Below, piece by piece: positions 36,166 to 48,573 of a stretch of DNA of 64,000 nt. The notes beneath the pieces were generated by a model. The model searched no databases. It was not told the DNA's origin and saw only the letters and a program-made list of their open reading frames with translations. This DNA comes from Moniliella sp. 'wahieum' (taxonomy: Eukaryota). A program made the translations under genes and the position numbers. The stretch covers positions 372,001 through 436,000 of the forward strand of contig RSEE01000002.1 in assembly GCA_003971905.1 (NCBI GenBank). The letters are read 5' to 3'. Position 1 is the first letter of the stretch, and every line of letters begins with the position of its first letter.

Positions 36166-39100
36166 TCAGGGCGTTTGGGCAAACGCGTCCCAATCCACCG
36201 GGCTCGCTGGTGTGCCACCCAACCCGAGCGCAGGATCGTGCAAGTCGAGCAGGTGCCGCATCGTTGGCCGGCCGTGGGGGCAGTTCCATGGCATCTCCAG
36301 CCCCGCCAGGCCAGCCACGACGCGCTGCATCCGCTCCCGCTCCAGTGGGGTGCCCACCATGATGCTGCTCCGGCATGCGCGCATCGCCAAGGCGGCACGC
36401 GCCTTGCTGCATGCCCCCTTGGCTGTCCAGCGTGGCTCCTGCTCAGACGGGAGCGTGGGCGAGTGCGTGACCGTGCGCGGCAACGAGGCCAGTTGGGTCA
36501 ACAGTTCATCCAGGTCGGCCGGACCGAGCGTGACGCCCGCCACAACGGGCTGCGCTAGCAGTTTGATCCGTCCACCCGGAGGCGAGGAAGGGTGGTAGGC
36601 CAGTCCGAATCCACTAGCACGTAGCAGGGGCAGATATTCTTCTGCGACCAGCTCGTCGGCAGCTGAGAGCTCGAGGGTGCGGGGCACCAGAAGCGCTTGC
36701 GTGCGAACGGGGGCGTCACGTGTCAGACGCTCGAAGTTGGCCTTTTCGTCGGCGGCATGTTGATCAACAATGAAAAGGTCGTCCTCTCCTTTTCCGGGGC
36801 CAGTGGAAGGAGAACGACGAACAATGATAAACGCATGGTTGAATTGCCCTACAATCTGCATGGTGAGGAAATCATCTTGAGCAATCGTCCGACTCAGTGC
36901 ACGTTCGACAGCGGCCGTGTCGGGATTGTCAAAGGCCGCTTCGGCAGCCCCAAGATCGTCCTCCGCCCGTGTTGCCTCTGTTGAGCTAGTGGGCTTCGCC
37001 CGCGTAGCACTCTGACCAATCCACAGAGCTCCTCCAATGGGACCATTAGGGTGGACCCCTCTATCCTCTCTCCCCGAGGCTGGTCGACACTTTCGCCATC
37101 GGACAGCCTCCGTCTCCACCGGAGCGAGAACAGTTGCATCCCCCTCTTCCTCTGTGCCAACCTGCAGTCTGGAAGGGGTACTTGAGCCAGCAGGGCAGCC
37201 ACAACCTCCATGATCGTGTTGGCGCTGGCGCGAGCCCTTCGGCATGGGGTCTTCTAGAATCTCATCGACAAACGTCTCCTCCTCCTCCTCTTCCTCCTCT
37301 TCCTCCTCGGAGGCAGGATCGACCAAAGCCACAGGACGCTTAACCCCCCTTGGCTCTTTAAGGTGGGGAGGAGATCGGGCGCGAGGCAAAGGAGAACGAC
37401 GGGAATGGGTGGGGACCGAAGCCCCGCTGGGCAAGGCAGTCCGTGATTGAGTACGACGGTCGCGCGGCGGTAAAGGCGATGATTCTACCGTTTGGCTTGG
37501 GAGGATGCGCGAGGGTTGGGACCGGAAAGGGCGGCGGGATTGGAAAGCTTTCCGCATTGCCGAGGCGGCCGCCAGTGCCGCCATTTCGAAGCGAATCGGA
37601 CATGGGCTCATCTTCTTGAACTTGTTCGTCCTCTTGCTCATCCTCTCCATTTCGTCATCTTCGCGCGTCCACCTGGTCGTCTTGATCTGATCTTCAGCTT
37701 CACCTTCATCTGCATGCATCTGCATCTTCCGCCCGCATTGGCTCGTCGTCTCCCTCTTCCTCGTTCCTCTCCCCGCTCGATTCGAGCTCAGGTTCCGACC
37801 CCGATTCGGCGTGGAGTTCGTCCGGCTCTGGAATGGAAGAGGCACCTTGCCTCTGACTTCGATCGCCCCTGCCTGCTCGGGATCGAGGAGGAAGTGCATA
37901 TCCATCTGGTTCGTGTCGGACGCCGGTGTGTGATTCTGCCCAGTGGGTTGGGCTCGAAGCCGGCTGCCACTTGCGACTCGCGCCAGAGACGTTGGCTTAG
38001 CATCGTATCTGAATCGACCGAGCGGGCATCAGAGAGGCAAGCATCCTCCTCAGGCTCAGAACCCGCCTCAGAGGGATCAACTTCTTCCTGCTCGGTCGTT
38101 TCGGGCCAGCTTCCAACGTGGCAGCCTCAACCATCTCCGTCTCCGAACCAGTAGCAGCCGCAGTAGTTCTCCATCCTCCTCCTCGGGGTCCGATTCGGCG
38201 TCTTCTTCTCCCTCTGGATATTGGCTTGCACTTGACATGGGCCGACAGGAGGGCCCGGCCGCTGGTGCGGGAGAGGAGGCAGCCGCGACACGAGACCGCA
38301 ACCGAGCCAAAAGTTGAGTACTGGCATCGGGCACACCGACGGAACCGGTGCTAGAGGGAGGATCGCTTGCCTCGTCCAGCGATGACCGGAAGCGATGCAG
38401 GCTGGACTGCGTTGCTGTTGATGGCTGGGAGTTCTGGACCGTATAGGTAGCCCGCAGGGGGGCATAAAACTGTTCCAAACTGGTGCGAAGTGCGTCGATG
38501 AGCCCGCGCTCGTTGAGCAGGTGCATGGTGCGTTTATCCTTGCTCAGCGTTGTGTCCGTCGCGCTTCCTGGAGCCGAAAAATGGGCAAGAACAAAAGGGT
38601 AGACGTGGGCGGCGGAAGTGGTGAGGAAGTTAAATCGCCTCGGAGCGATCCCGAGGTGGTAGTCAAATCGTTGGTGTGGAACGAACGCCAGACATCGTTA
38701 AAAGCTTTGACCAGCGACGAGGGAGCATCCCACGGACGACCATTCAGATAGTAGTACTGCGCCGCATTGGTGCGCTGGCCATACGATCGTGCCGGGCGGG
38801 AGACCAGTCCGTCTAGGACGATCTCGACGCTATCTGGGACATCGGGGCCGTCAGAGCTGTCAGTGGCGCGTCGGATTCAGTCGAGGCCTGTTGCGCGCGG
38901 CGAATCCGGCGCTTGAGACGCTCAGCCGCGGGAAGCTGCTCGTCATCCTCGTTATCTTCAATGGGGCGTGACGCCTTTTTGCGCAAGGCGGTTCGCGGTA
39001 GGGGGACATGGATGGTCATATGGATAGGCAAGAGCCCGGTGGCTGCTTTCTTTCCCAGCAGACTTGAGGCATTGGCTAGGTAGTGGGCAGGAGGACCCTC

Positions 39101-39903
39101 GGTCAGAGCAGGGGCAGGTTTAGAGGGCGTGAGTTGTAGCAGCACTTGTCGCCGACTGGAAAGAGACGAGATGAATTAGGGGCAATGACCAGAGGGAAGG
39201 GGAGGGAAAAAATACATACCCGTTCTTTGGAGTGTGGGAGCAAACCCATCGCACGTCGGGGGCAATAAGGGCATACGCGGTGATCCAATGCAGCACGCGA
39301 GCCAAGTCGCGTCGGCCATGCTTTTGCGCTTCGCGTTGGCGAACGGGCAAACGCGAAAAGAGGTTGTTCACAGTCACTGTTGTACCACGCGGTCGGGCCT
39401 GAGCGACAGCACCTTGGGGGTCGAGCTCCCCATCGGGAGTGAAGGTGAGCAGGCTGCCCCTTGGAGCCAATTCAGCGGTGGACGTTAACACTGTCACCGT
39501 CTCGCTCAGCGCACACAGACTGCTGATGGCTTCGCCGCGAAAGCCAAAGGTGAGGATGCCACGTCCTGGGACACGGGCGGGCTGGTGGCAGTGGCGGCAG
39601 TGGGATCGCCAGACGTGTCGGGGCCATCAGGAGTGCCAGCAATCTGTTCCCATTTCTCGAGCTTGGAGGTGGCGTGCAAGCGGGCGACGGCAGCAAAGTC
39701 GGAAGCAGCAATGCCTGCCCATCGTCAGCCACGACAATTGCGTCGAGCCCCGCGTTGGAGAGTTTGATTTCGATGCTGTGCGCGCCAGCGTCGAGAGCAT
39801 TCTCGACAAGCTCCTTGACCGCGTTGCCCACATCGGGCACGACCTGCGCAGCAACGAGGCGATGGGCGTCCCAGCTGCTCAGACGTTCAATCGCAGCAGC
39901 CAT
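36166..39903 (-). CDS. PMS1: MutL-family mismatch repair endonuclease (yeast Pms1 / human PMS2)
   Basis: AVKELVENALDAGA, DDG, HATSKL, GFRGEA, GTTVTVNNLFSRLPVR, C-terminal GQFN, DQHAADEKANFE, ACRSSIMVG and WNCPHGRPT. Intron at about 39157-39220; frameshifts. Confidence 0.95.
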
Positions 39904-40158
39904 GGCGGGGGGGTGGCGGCAGAACGGAAGAGATGCGACGCGTAGACACGCCAAATGAGTTCCAGACGCCATCCAGTCGGGTGTCGGCGCGTCTGCCGCG
40001 CGCCCGAGCGGGGATCGGTGATCGATGGGCGAGTGATTAATTAGCTCAGCGCGTCGCCAATGTCGATGACACTTCAACTGAAGTTAAGCTTGAAGTTCAT
40101 CTTCATCTTATTGGCCCGGGCCGCAGCGCTGACAGAGGCAGGCAACTCACATTCTACC

Positions 40159-41569
40159 ATGGACCAGCAAGCCTTTCGCCACCTCGTTGCCCGAGCGGCC
40201 AATCGCGGAGCGATCCGCCCGACTGGCTCCAAGCCACCCGTCCCAACTCCCAGCGTGCCCGCGCCCGACCTGCTGCCAATGCCGCCGAAGAGGAGGTGTC
40301 AGAAGCGCGGACGCTGTGCCCAAACGGTCGCGCGTCACGGGAGAAGCCTATGTTGATCGTGCTGCCGCACGCAGGGCCGGGGCGACGAACTGCATGACCA
40401 CGGCGCCTCCTCAGAGGATGCGACCAGGCCCAGAGGACTTGACTTTACCCTTCTGCGCGCCGAGAGGGAGCGCTTGGCTCGTGCCACCGATGCATCCTCC
40501 GGGCCAGGTCTAGAGAACGCCCAGGAGGACCAACTGGAGGCTGAGCTGGAGGCTGCGTTCCAGGGTGCCGCACCTGCCCTCCCAAGGGGACTGCTGGTGG
40601 GGAATGCATGGTGCTGCGAGCCGAACTGTCCCTCCTAGGGCCGGGTTCAAGCCTATCTCCTCTGGCACCAGCACCACCTCGGATGGCATCCCCTCGACGA
40701 CGACGGCAAGCCATGTACAAGATTGTCAATGGCAAACGCATGCGGCGCAAGCGAAAACGTCCCTCGACCGACTTGGAGGGATCCAAACCAACGCCATCTT
40801 TTCCCCCCCCATCTGCCCCATCTGCCCCTCTGCCCCATCTACTTCCAAGTCCAAGGAAAAGTCTCAGCCCCACCCGGTTGCCTCTTCTGCATCAGGTGCA
40901 ATTCCAGTAGCGCCACGTCCAAGCAACGCGGAACCGTATTGCTGCCAGCGCGAACAACGTTGGACGCACCTCTGGTTCCTCGTAATGTAAGCGTCACCCG
41001 TGCGCAAGGGACGACCGATCCCATCCCGATCCCAATCCCGAACCCGTTTCCTCCACGAGACGCTCTGCACCCGGCTCGCCACCAGACTTGGTGGGTGAAA
41101 CGGAAAGCCCCCCTCCCAAGCCGGTCGAACAGGATCCTGAGCTGACGTCAACTCGGACTCGGGCTCGGATATATTTGCCGGGGGGGAGTGGAAGGGGACG
41201 TTGTCCGGCTCGGATTCGGATTCGGATTCGGATTCCGACGAGCAAACTCCAGTGGCTGCAACCGAGCGAAACTGGTTTGAGGATGCGCAAGCGCGCCCGC
41301 ATGCATCTGTGCTGGTTAGCCAGGTAGGACAACCGGCAGCCCAGGCCCAACCTTCAGTCTCTCCCCCTCTGCCCGCGCCCGCACCCACGCCCGCGCCACG
41401 GGAGCAACCCCCCTTGCGCCTCCAAGGTCTGAGCACCAGTGCGCTGCCCCCGGCGGTAACACGCGCCATGCTAGACGAAGAAGAGGTGGTGCGGGAGCCT
41501 AGAGAACGTCCGCAGCGGCCACATAAGCGCTCTCGTCGCGGAAAAGGCGGCGGGTACGAGTCGGATTGA
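40159..41569 (+). CDS. RED-like N-terminal domain protein (IK/RED-related, putative splicing factor)
   Basis: Starts MDQQAFRHLV, contains YVDRAAARRAG, a GLDF-like segment, KIVNGKRMRRKRK and DIFAGG..SGSDSDSD. Heavily frameshifted. Confidence 0.55.
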
Positions 41570-41883
41570 AGGAAAGGAAAGCGTGGGGCTGCTGGCTTGC
41601 TGGAACTGCGGTGTTATGCATTCTGCTAGTCCCTGCCGGGAACGGGGGGCGTGAGAAGAAACGATGCACTGCTACCCAGCCGCGGGCGGAGGGGGCAACA
41701 ATCCCAGGCAGAAGAGACTACCTACCACCCGACGGGGGCTTTAGCACACCAAGAGCAAAAAAGGAGCGTGGAGCAATGCGTGTCGTGTAACAATTGACTA
41801 TCAATGATGATCGATGGGGGGGAGAGATGCGGGAGAAAAGGCGACCAGCCCCCCGGGGGGGCGAGGGGGGAGAGGAAGGGAGA

Positions 41884-43787
41884 TCAAGTGATGGTCAAAA
41901 CGATTGAGTGGGTATGGTTCTTGGCTAGCCTGGTGCCGCAGGCGTCGATGCTAGCAAACCACTTGTCGCGAAGAATGTCGTCGATGGAGCAGCGCTGCTG
42001 CGGGTCGGGACACAGCATCCGCTTCAGCAACGGGCGGCACTTGGGTGGACTGAGATGGACCAGTGGGCCCGGAGAGGGGGAGGTATGGTAGGTGTGGACA
42101 AACTGCTTGAACGTTGGGTCGGACATTTTGGCCACGCGCCACGGCAGTTCTTGGAACTGCATGCAGTACAGCACGATCGCCGCTGCCCACGTATCTACCA
42201 GCCGCGCATCGTACTCTTTGTGTTCAAACTGCTCGGGCGCAATGTACGGTTCGGAGCCACAGAGCCCCTTGGAATAGTGAATGGACGTTTCCCAACACAT
42301 GCGGAACACGTCCGACACACCAAAGTCAGTAATCTTGACCCGGCCCTGGGCATCCAGAAGGAGGTTTTCAGGCTTGATGTCACGGTGTGCGACGCCCATC
42401 GAGTGGAGATAGACAATGCCCTGAAGCGTTTGCTTAAAGTAGCACTCCACCTCGAGCGGAGACATGCCACCTCGTTTGATTGCCGCATACAAGTCGCCCC
42501 CGACGCAAAACTCCATGACTTCGCACCAATGCTGGTTCTCATCCTGCACCAGATCCACCGTCTCGACCACATTGATATGGTGCAAGGTAGAAGAGATGCA
42601 GAACTGAAGTAAGTTTCTTGACATAGTCCTTCTCCGTCTCATTCTTACGTCGTTTGCGAAACTCTTTCACCGCGTACATCTTCTCGGTCGATCGGTCCCA
42701 TCTGTGGCCAGATGAACAACCGCTGTGGCACCCTTGCCAATCGCCGTTTTCTTACACACCCCATACTTGTTGAGCAGCGACACAGCCTCCCCCGGCGCAG
42801 ACGCGCCTGCTCTTTTCGACCCGGCGGACGCCGAGGAGCCACGTCGAGAGGGCATGGAACCAATCAGCTTGTCCCGCAGCGTAGAAGGAGCTGTTGACTT
42901 GGTATCGTCATCCTTCTCCTTTTCTTTCCCTGGCTTGTTTAGCGACAGCGAGAGCGAGGCGCGGCGACTAGTGCTGTAGGTCGGGTCCCGCTCCCGTTCC
43001 TGCGCCGCAGCTACAGCGGGCGCCTCAAGGTGAGCCAGCGCGGAGCCAGTGAGCTGTTGATGGGAGCCAGCGGTGCCAGTGCGGCGGTCGCTGTTAGAGC
43101 GCAGGGGGGCAGCACTGTTGGTAGGTGGGGGGGAGGCAAATGGCATGGTCGAAGCCGATCGCGTACTCTCTCCATGGTGGGGCGACTGGCCCACCGAAGC
43201 TCTCCTGCCGCCGATCATACGCTTCAACATGCCTGGCTTGCGATCCGATGCCGCCGACTTGCCCGAGGGAGTGCGTGCCACGGATGCTGCGGCGGATGCC
43301 ACGGCAGCGGTCGATGCAGACGACGGAGCGACCGAGGCGGGCAAGACAGGAGACGGGGGCGGGGGGCGGTGCGGGGCCGGGGCGGTGGCTGCAGGGGGGC
43401 TGGGGGTAGAGGAATGGGAGAGACGACGGAGGCCCGAGGCGTCGGTAGGGGGCGGATGAGAGCATGAGGTGTGCAGATGCTCAGGGACGTTGACGGGGCG
43501 GGGCAGGGGATGGCCAGGCATCGGCGCGCTGGCGTCGCGACGGAAGGCGACGGGCGCGGGGCCGGCGGGGCAGCGGGGCAGCGGGGGCAGCCAAGGGTGT
43601 CGGTGGGTTGGAGAGTTGCATCGGGCAGGAAAGAAGGCAGGCGGGGGACGTGTCGGGGTCGCTGGCGCGGACGGCAGCGGGGGGGGGCTGTGTTCCCACA
43701 GCCAGGCAGGCCAGGCGCAGACACGGGGGCCTGCAGAGACGGGGGCGGGCGGGGCTGGGAGATGCTAGAGGAGGCACACAGCACCAT
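41884..43787 (-). CDS. Ser/Thr protein kinase, HAL family (Hrk1/Ptk/Sat4-like)
   Basis: IGKGATAVV, YAVKEFRKRRKNETEKDYVKKLT, FCISSTLHHINVVETVDL, HRDIKPEN, DFG, GLCGSEPYIAPE. Long low-complexity N-terminus; start uncertain. Confidence 0.9.
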
Positions 43788-44826
43788 GGTGTGCCGGCAA
43801 GAAAGGAGGGGTCGGGGTGGGGTGGGGGCGGCTGGTGCTGCGCCGGCGGGGGGGGGGTACATATGTAGCGCCGGGCGTGCTGGGTGGCAGCCGCGCTGCC
43901 GGGCTGCCGCGAGGAGGAGCGTTGGGCATGAAGCGTGAGGCCCACATCCAATATTGATATTGATACTGAGGCGCGCATCCAGAGCTCCCAGAGCATCGCA
44001 GAACGCCGGCCAGGCAGCAGGCGTGGATGCATGCACCACACTCCATCAGATGGGCCGCATATCCTCGCGCCATCCCCCCCAGCCCGTCTGTTGTGCGCCC
44101 CTGCCCCATCCAACCCACTCTCCCCGCTCTGCCCCCGCTGCCTCTCTCCCGCCGGCGCCACCCACAGCCGCCTACTCCCCGCCCGGCAGTGTGCCCCCCT
44201 GCCGCCGATGAGTAATGCAATGAACGTTCCCACATCCCATATTTCCCTCGTCGCCTGAGCAGCATCCACGTCCGCTTCCATTTAGCTTTCAGTTCCCCGT
44301 TCCCAGTTCCCACGTTCCAGCGGCAGCGTCCCTAGCGCTACCCGAGGCGGAGCATGGCGTCATCCGCCTCTGCCCCATGTCTTCCCCCGCCATATATGGA
44401 GCAGCACAGCAGCATAGGCGGAGCGTCATGATGCATGATGCATGACGTATTACATGACCCGCCTCAGGCCTGAGCCTCAGGCCTCACTAGCTTCACTCCC
44501 GACACTCAAGCTCCTTTTTTCCGGCGTGCCTAGCCACTCACTTCCTGCATTGACCTCTCGTGTGGGCCAGCTTGTCTTCCTCTCGCGGGGTCCGAGCCTG
44601 TATACTACCTCAACCTTTTCCTTCTCAGCAGCCGCCTGCGCAGTGGGGGTGCGTCCCAAGGGACAATCCATTGGCCTCAGAGCAAGGCAAGCTGGATGGG
44701 GTTGTTTTTGGTTTGCATAGACGCGGGCGGCCGGGTAGCCAACATAATGCAGAGTACGCCGCTGACAACGTTGGTAGGAGAACCAAGGTCCAAGGTCCGA
44801 GGTCCATCGCCCAGTCAGAGCGCAGC

Positions 44827-45587
44827 TTAGTCGCCCTTCTTGAGCGTACCGCGGATGAGACCAGTGCGGCGGGCGGCAATAAGACCGGCCTTCTGACCAG
44901 CGGGAGCCCAGGGAGATGGTCGAGGCGTGACCAATGTGCTGGTGGTTACCACCACCGTGCGGGTGGTCGACGGGGTTCATCGCAACACCACGAGTACGAG
45001 GCCACGAGTTGCGCTTGACGCGGTACTTGTGGAACGCACGGCCGGCCTTGAGCAGCGGCTTGTCAATCCGTCCGCCACCGGCCACAATGCCCACCGTCGC
45101 ACGCGACGCCGACGACACAATCTTCTTGGCGCCCGAGGGCAGACGGATGCGCGACGTCTTGCCGTCGGCGTCGTGGCCAATCAGGGTGGCGTAGTTGCCC
45201 GAAGCACGCGCAAGCGTGCCGCGGTCCCAGCCTTCTCCTCCACGTTGCACACAATCGTACCTTCCGGCAGCGCCGAGAGCGGCAGCACATTGCCCACGGA
45301 AAGCGCGGCACGCTTGCCGCAGTAGACAAACTGGCCAGTCGACATGCCCTCGGTGGCAATAAAGTGCTCGGTGCGCAGTTTGTAGCGGTACGGGTCGCGG
45401 AAGGTCACCTTGGCCAGCGGCGCGCCGCGGCCAGCGTCGTGGACAATCTCACGGACCACGCCGCGGATGTAGCCGTTGCGCTCGGCAAAGTCGACAGTGC
45501 GCAGCTTGGCAGGCGCAGTGCGTGGTGGGACGAGTGGGACTTGAAGATCCCGCCCGACTTACGCTGGGAGCGAATGACACGACCCAT
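44827..45587 (-). CDS. RPL2: 60S ribosomal protein uL2 (L2/L8)
   Basis: [80 protein letters not shown]. Frameshifts. Confidence 0.97.
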
Positions 45588-45779
45588 ATTGCTCGGTGTG
45601 GTGGCAAGGGCAGACCAAGGTGGAGAGAAGCAGATGGGAAACCAAGTCGCGCACCCAGCAGCCCCGCCGTGGCCTGCCGGCCCCCCGCGACGAATCCAGC
45701 CGACGGTGCAGACTGCCCCCGTACCGTTTCCTACGACCTGCGCTTGAGAGCCGGCACGGGCGCAGTGTACGACGGCGCA

Positions 45780-46244
45780 ATGGGGCGATTTTCCAATAGG
45801 GTTGGCTTGTCGCTCACGCAGCTAAAGCGCAGGAGGGCAGCTCCGTGCCCTGGGCGTAATGATTGCTAACAGCATGGCGCCAGTGTGGTCCAACCCGAGC
45901 AGATAGTAGGGTTATCCCCCTGACTCTATCCTTTGGATTGGCGCCGCCGCCTCTCCGGCCCCGGGCGGTTGGACCAGTCGAGTTTACATGCACGCCCGCG
46001 ATGTCGCTTGGGCACAGTAACGCCTCTACCCGCACGCCAGGGTGCAGCGCAAAATCCAAGCCGACGTTCGTGCTGCCACGGCGGCCGGCACGTCCAAGCC
46101 GACGATCAAGCCGGCCAAGGTGCCGCTCAACCCCCAATTCCTGAGTTCCTTCTCGCTCCCTCGAACCTGGTCCTTTCGCCGGGGGTCACGGATGGGAACG
46201 AGGGACACAATGAATGGACGTTGAACGTTGATCGATCACGTTGA
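45780..46244 (+). CDS. Possible small hypothetical protein divergent from RPL2
   Basis: ATG at 45780, intron-like GTTGGC...GCTAACAG (about 45801-45872) and a coding-like stretch VQRKIQADVRAATAAGTSKPTIKPAKVPLNPQF. No family recognised. Confidence 0.25.
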
Positions 46245-46609
46245 TCTAGGACAGCGGGCTACGATTGTTGTTTGCCTATACGTGGAATAACATGACATGA
46301 GTGTACATACTAATCCTGGCTTGCGAGCCACACCTGCAATACAAGTAGAGTACAGTACAGACTGGGAAGAGGGGGGACAATACGGATCACGGGGCCAAAC
46401 CAAACACATCCAGTCAAGTCGGGGCGGGAAAGGGGCAAAGTGGCCCGATGCAAAGTACAGACGAGGGCCCAACTTGAGTGGATAGTAGCTTACGAAGAAG
46501 AGGAGCGAGACGAAACACAAGCAAACCAGACTCGGTATGGTATCCGATCTCGGCTCCACAGCCGCCCTACCCGGGCCGTTAGCTCTGGGAGGGGAAGAGG
46601 TTGTTCATA

Positions 46610-48573
46610 TCAAAACCAAAGGGGAGAAAGCTGTCTTGCGGGGTGGAGGACTTGTCGGTAGAGCCCACCTGAGTTTGAGCAGGTGAAAGCGGCTGGATCG
46701 GACCCGTGGCCGCACCTGCCGGCGTGGTGGCAGAGCTCATATCGAGCGAGGGGAAACGCGCCCAGGTGGCGTCGTCCGAAGGGGCGAAAAACGTCGTTCA
46801 TGCCCAGCGAACGTAACAATGCATCTGACTGGTTCTGACTCTCTGTCAGAGCGGGGGGCGAAGTGAGAGACGAAGGGTCAGAGGGCACGGAGGTTGTCGA
46901 GTCCAGAGCTGAGGGGGCCGACGACGCAGGGCTATCGCCCGTGGGCGGAGGCGGAGAGCAGGCTTGTTCCACGCCACTTCCGATCCCGCCGGCGGCAACA
47001 AGGCCCCCAGCGACAACTCGTCCAACCCCAACCCCAACCTCAACCCTTGGCTCGGCGTCCTATGGCCCGAATCGGGATACGGGGACGAAATTCCATCGGC
47101 ATGCATCTGGGCCAGAGCAAGCGGATTGAATCTCATCTCGGCCAAAGGAGCGGGAGGGGGATAGGGCCCCGGCCCTGCCGGTGTCGCGATGCCACTGGCA
47201 GCTTGCGATCCACCCTGGGCCAGCGGTTGTTTTCTGGCTGAAGCGCCGTCATTCGCATCGAGCCCAGGGATGCTTGGGAACGACGGGGCTGGGTGGGGAT
47301 CCGGGGCGGCTAGAGGGACGCGAAGGGTGGGACGAACGGTCCCCGCCCACTTGGTGGCCAGATGGATTATGAGCCCGGCCGCTGCCCTCGCGGCGATGGC
47401 CCAGGGCACTGGAAGAACGGGATGGGTGCGCAGAGGGGTGGCTGTGACCGACGTGGAGGGAGGGCTGGAGCACACCTTGTTGCTTGTGGGCGGTGGAAAG
47501 ACGTCCTGAACGGTACAGTTCTTGCGCTTCCTCACTTAATGTCCACCATGAACCTTTACCTGCCGCGGAAGCTGGCCTAGGCACCTTGACAAACAAGTTG
47601 CTCTTGATTGAGAGCGTGGACTTGATGCGGTTTTTGACACGCGCCTGGGAAGCAGAGGGGACGGGTCAGTCGAGGCCAAAGTGGAGAGAACGACACAGGG
47701 AATGAATGAGAAGGGTTGACTACCTACCTCCCAGTCCTTGCCACTTGCCCATTCGTTGATCTCTGGAAACTTTTGGCACATGCCATGAAACAGGTCCTGG
47801 ATCACCAAACGATGCTGCGGCGATTCAGCAATCGTGGCACAGATCATGTCCGACCAGATCAGTCGTTTGCCATTGACATAAAGGGGAATTGCGTGGCCCA
47901 TGAGCCTGGGTGGAAGGTGGCAAGGGTTGGGCCTGTGCTTGAGTTGGGCCTTGGCCAGTGGTGCCCTGCGCGGCACCAGGCTGGGAAGCAGGCGGTGCAA
48001 TGGGAGAAAAGGCGAAGGAGGGGTCAAAGAGCCGAGGCCCATCCCCGGGGTCGAGAAGCCAGTGTGGGCCAAGTAGCGGGCGCCTGATCCGTTGGGGCTG
48101 CTGGCACCAGATGCGGGGACAGAGATGCCACTGGGTGTGGCGCTCGAGGGGGGGATCTGGCGCGGGGCAAGAGGCGTGCCGCTGGCAGCAGCAAAGCGGG
48201 CAAGCTGGTCGTGAAGGTAGGCCAAAGTCGCGTTGGTGGTCGCAGTGGCAGCCAGATTGGGAGCGGGGTGGAGGAGATGGGCGGGCGGGGGGGGTGGGAC
48301 CCAGGCACGGGGCCTACAAAGTTGGCCGTGGCTGGGAAGGGGGCAGGGGGCGGGGAAGGAAGAGGCAGGCGCCGACGCTATTCCAGGGGGCGAGGCGGGG
48401 CCGGAAGCAGGGGCGGGCATGGCGGCTGGGGCGCCAAGGGGAAAAACGCAGCAGGCAGGCCCGGCGGCGGAGGCGGGAGGGGGGACATGGCGGGTGGTGC
48501 GCCGGGGATGGATGCCCAGGGCGGGGGCATGCCGGGAGGCAGGATGGGCAGCAGCGGCTGCGGAGGGTTCATG
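46610..48573 (-). CDS. Forkhead/winged-helix transcription factor (divergent)
   Basis: WSDMICATIAESPQHRLVIQDLFHGMCQKFP..W..KDWE [intron 47645-47727] ARVKNRIKSTLSIKSNLFVKVPRPASAAGKGSWWTL. Pro-rich flanks; ends approximate. Confidence 0.8.

Noticed and set aside
41210..41237. (TCGGAT)n and (GAGGAY)n repeats at about 41210 and 62270
   Set aside because: These are coding repeats for SD and ED tracts, not independent elements.
44827..45587. RPL2 and other broken genes as pseudogenes or programmed frameshifts
   Set aside because: Indels are scattered across nearly all genes with no amino-acid decay or consistent slippery sites, so sequencing error is more parsimonious.
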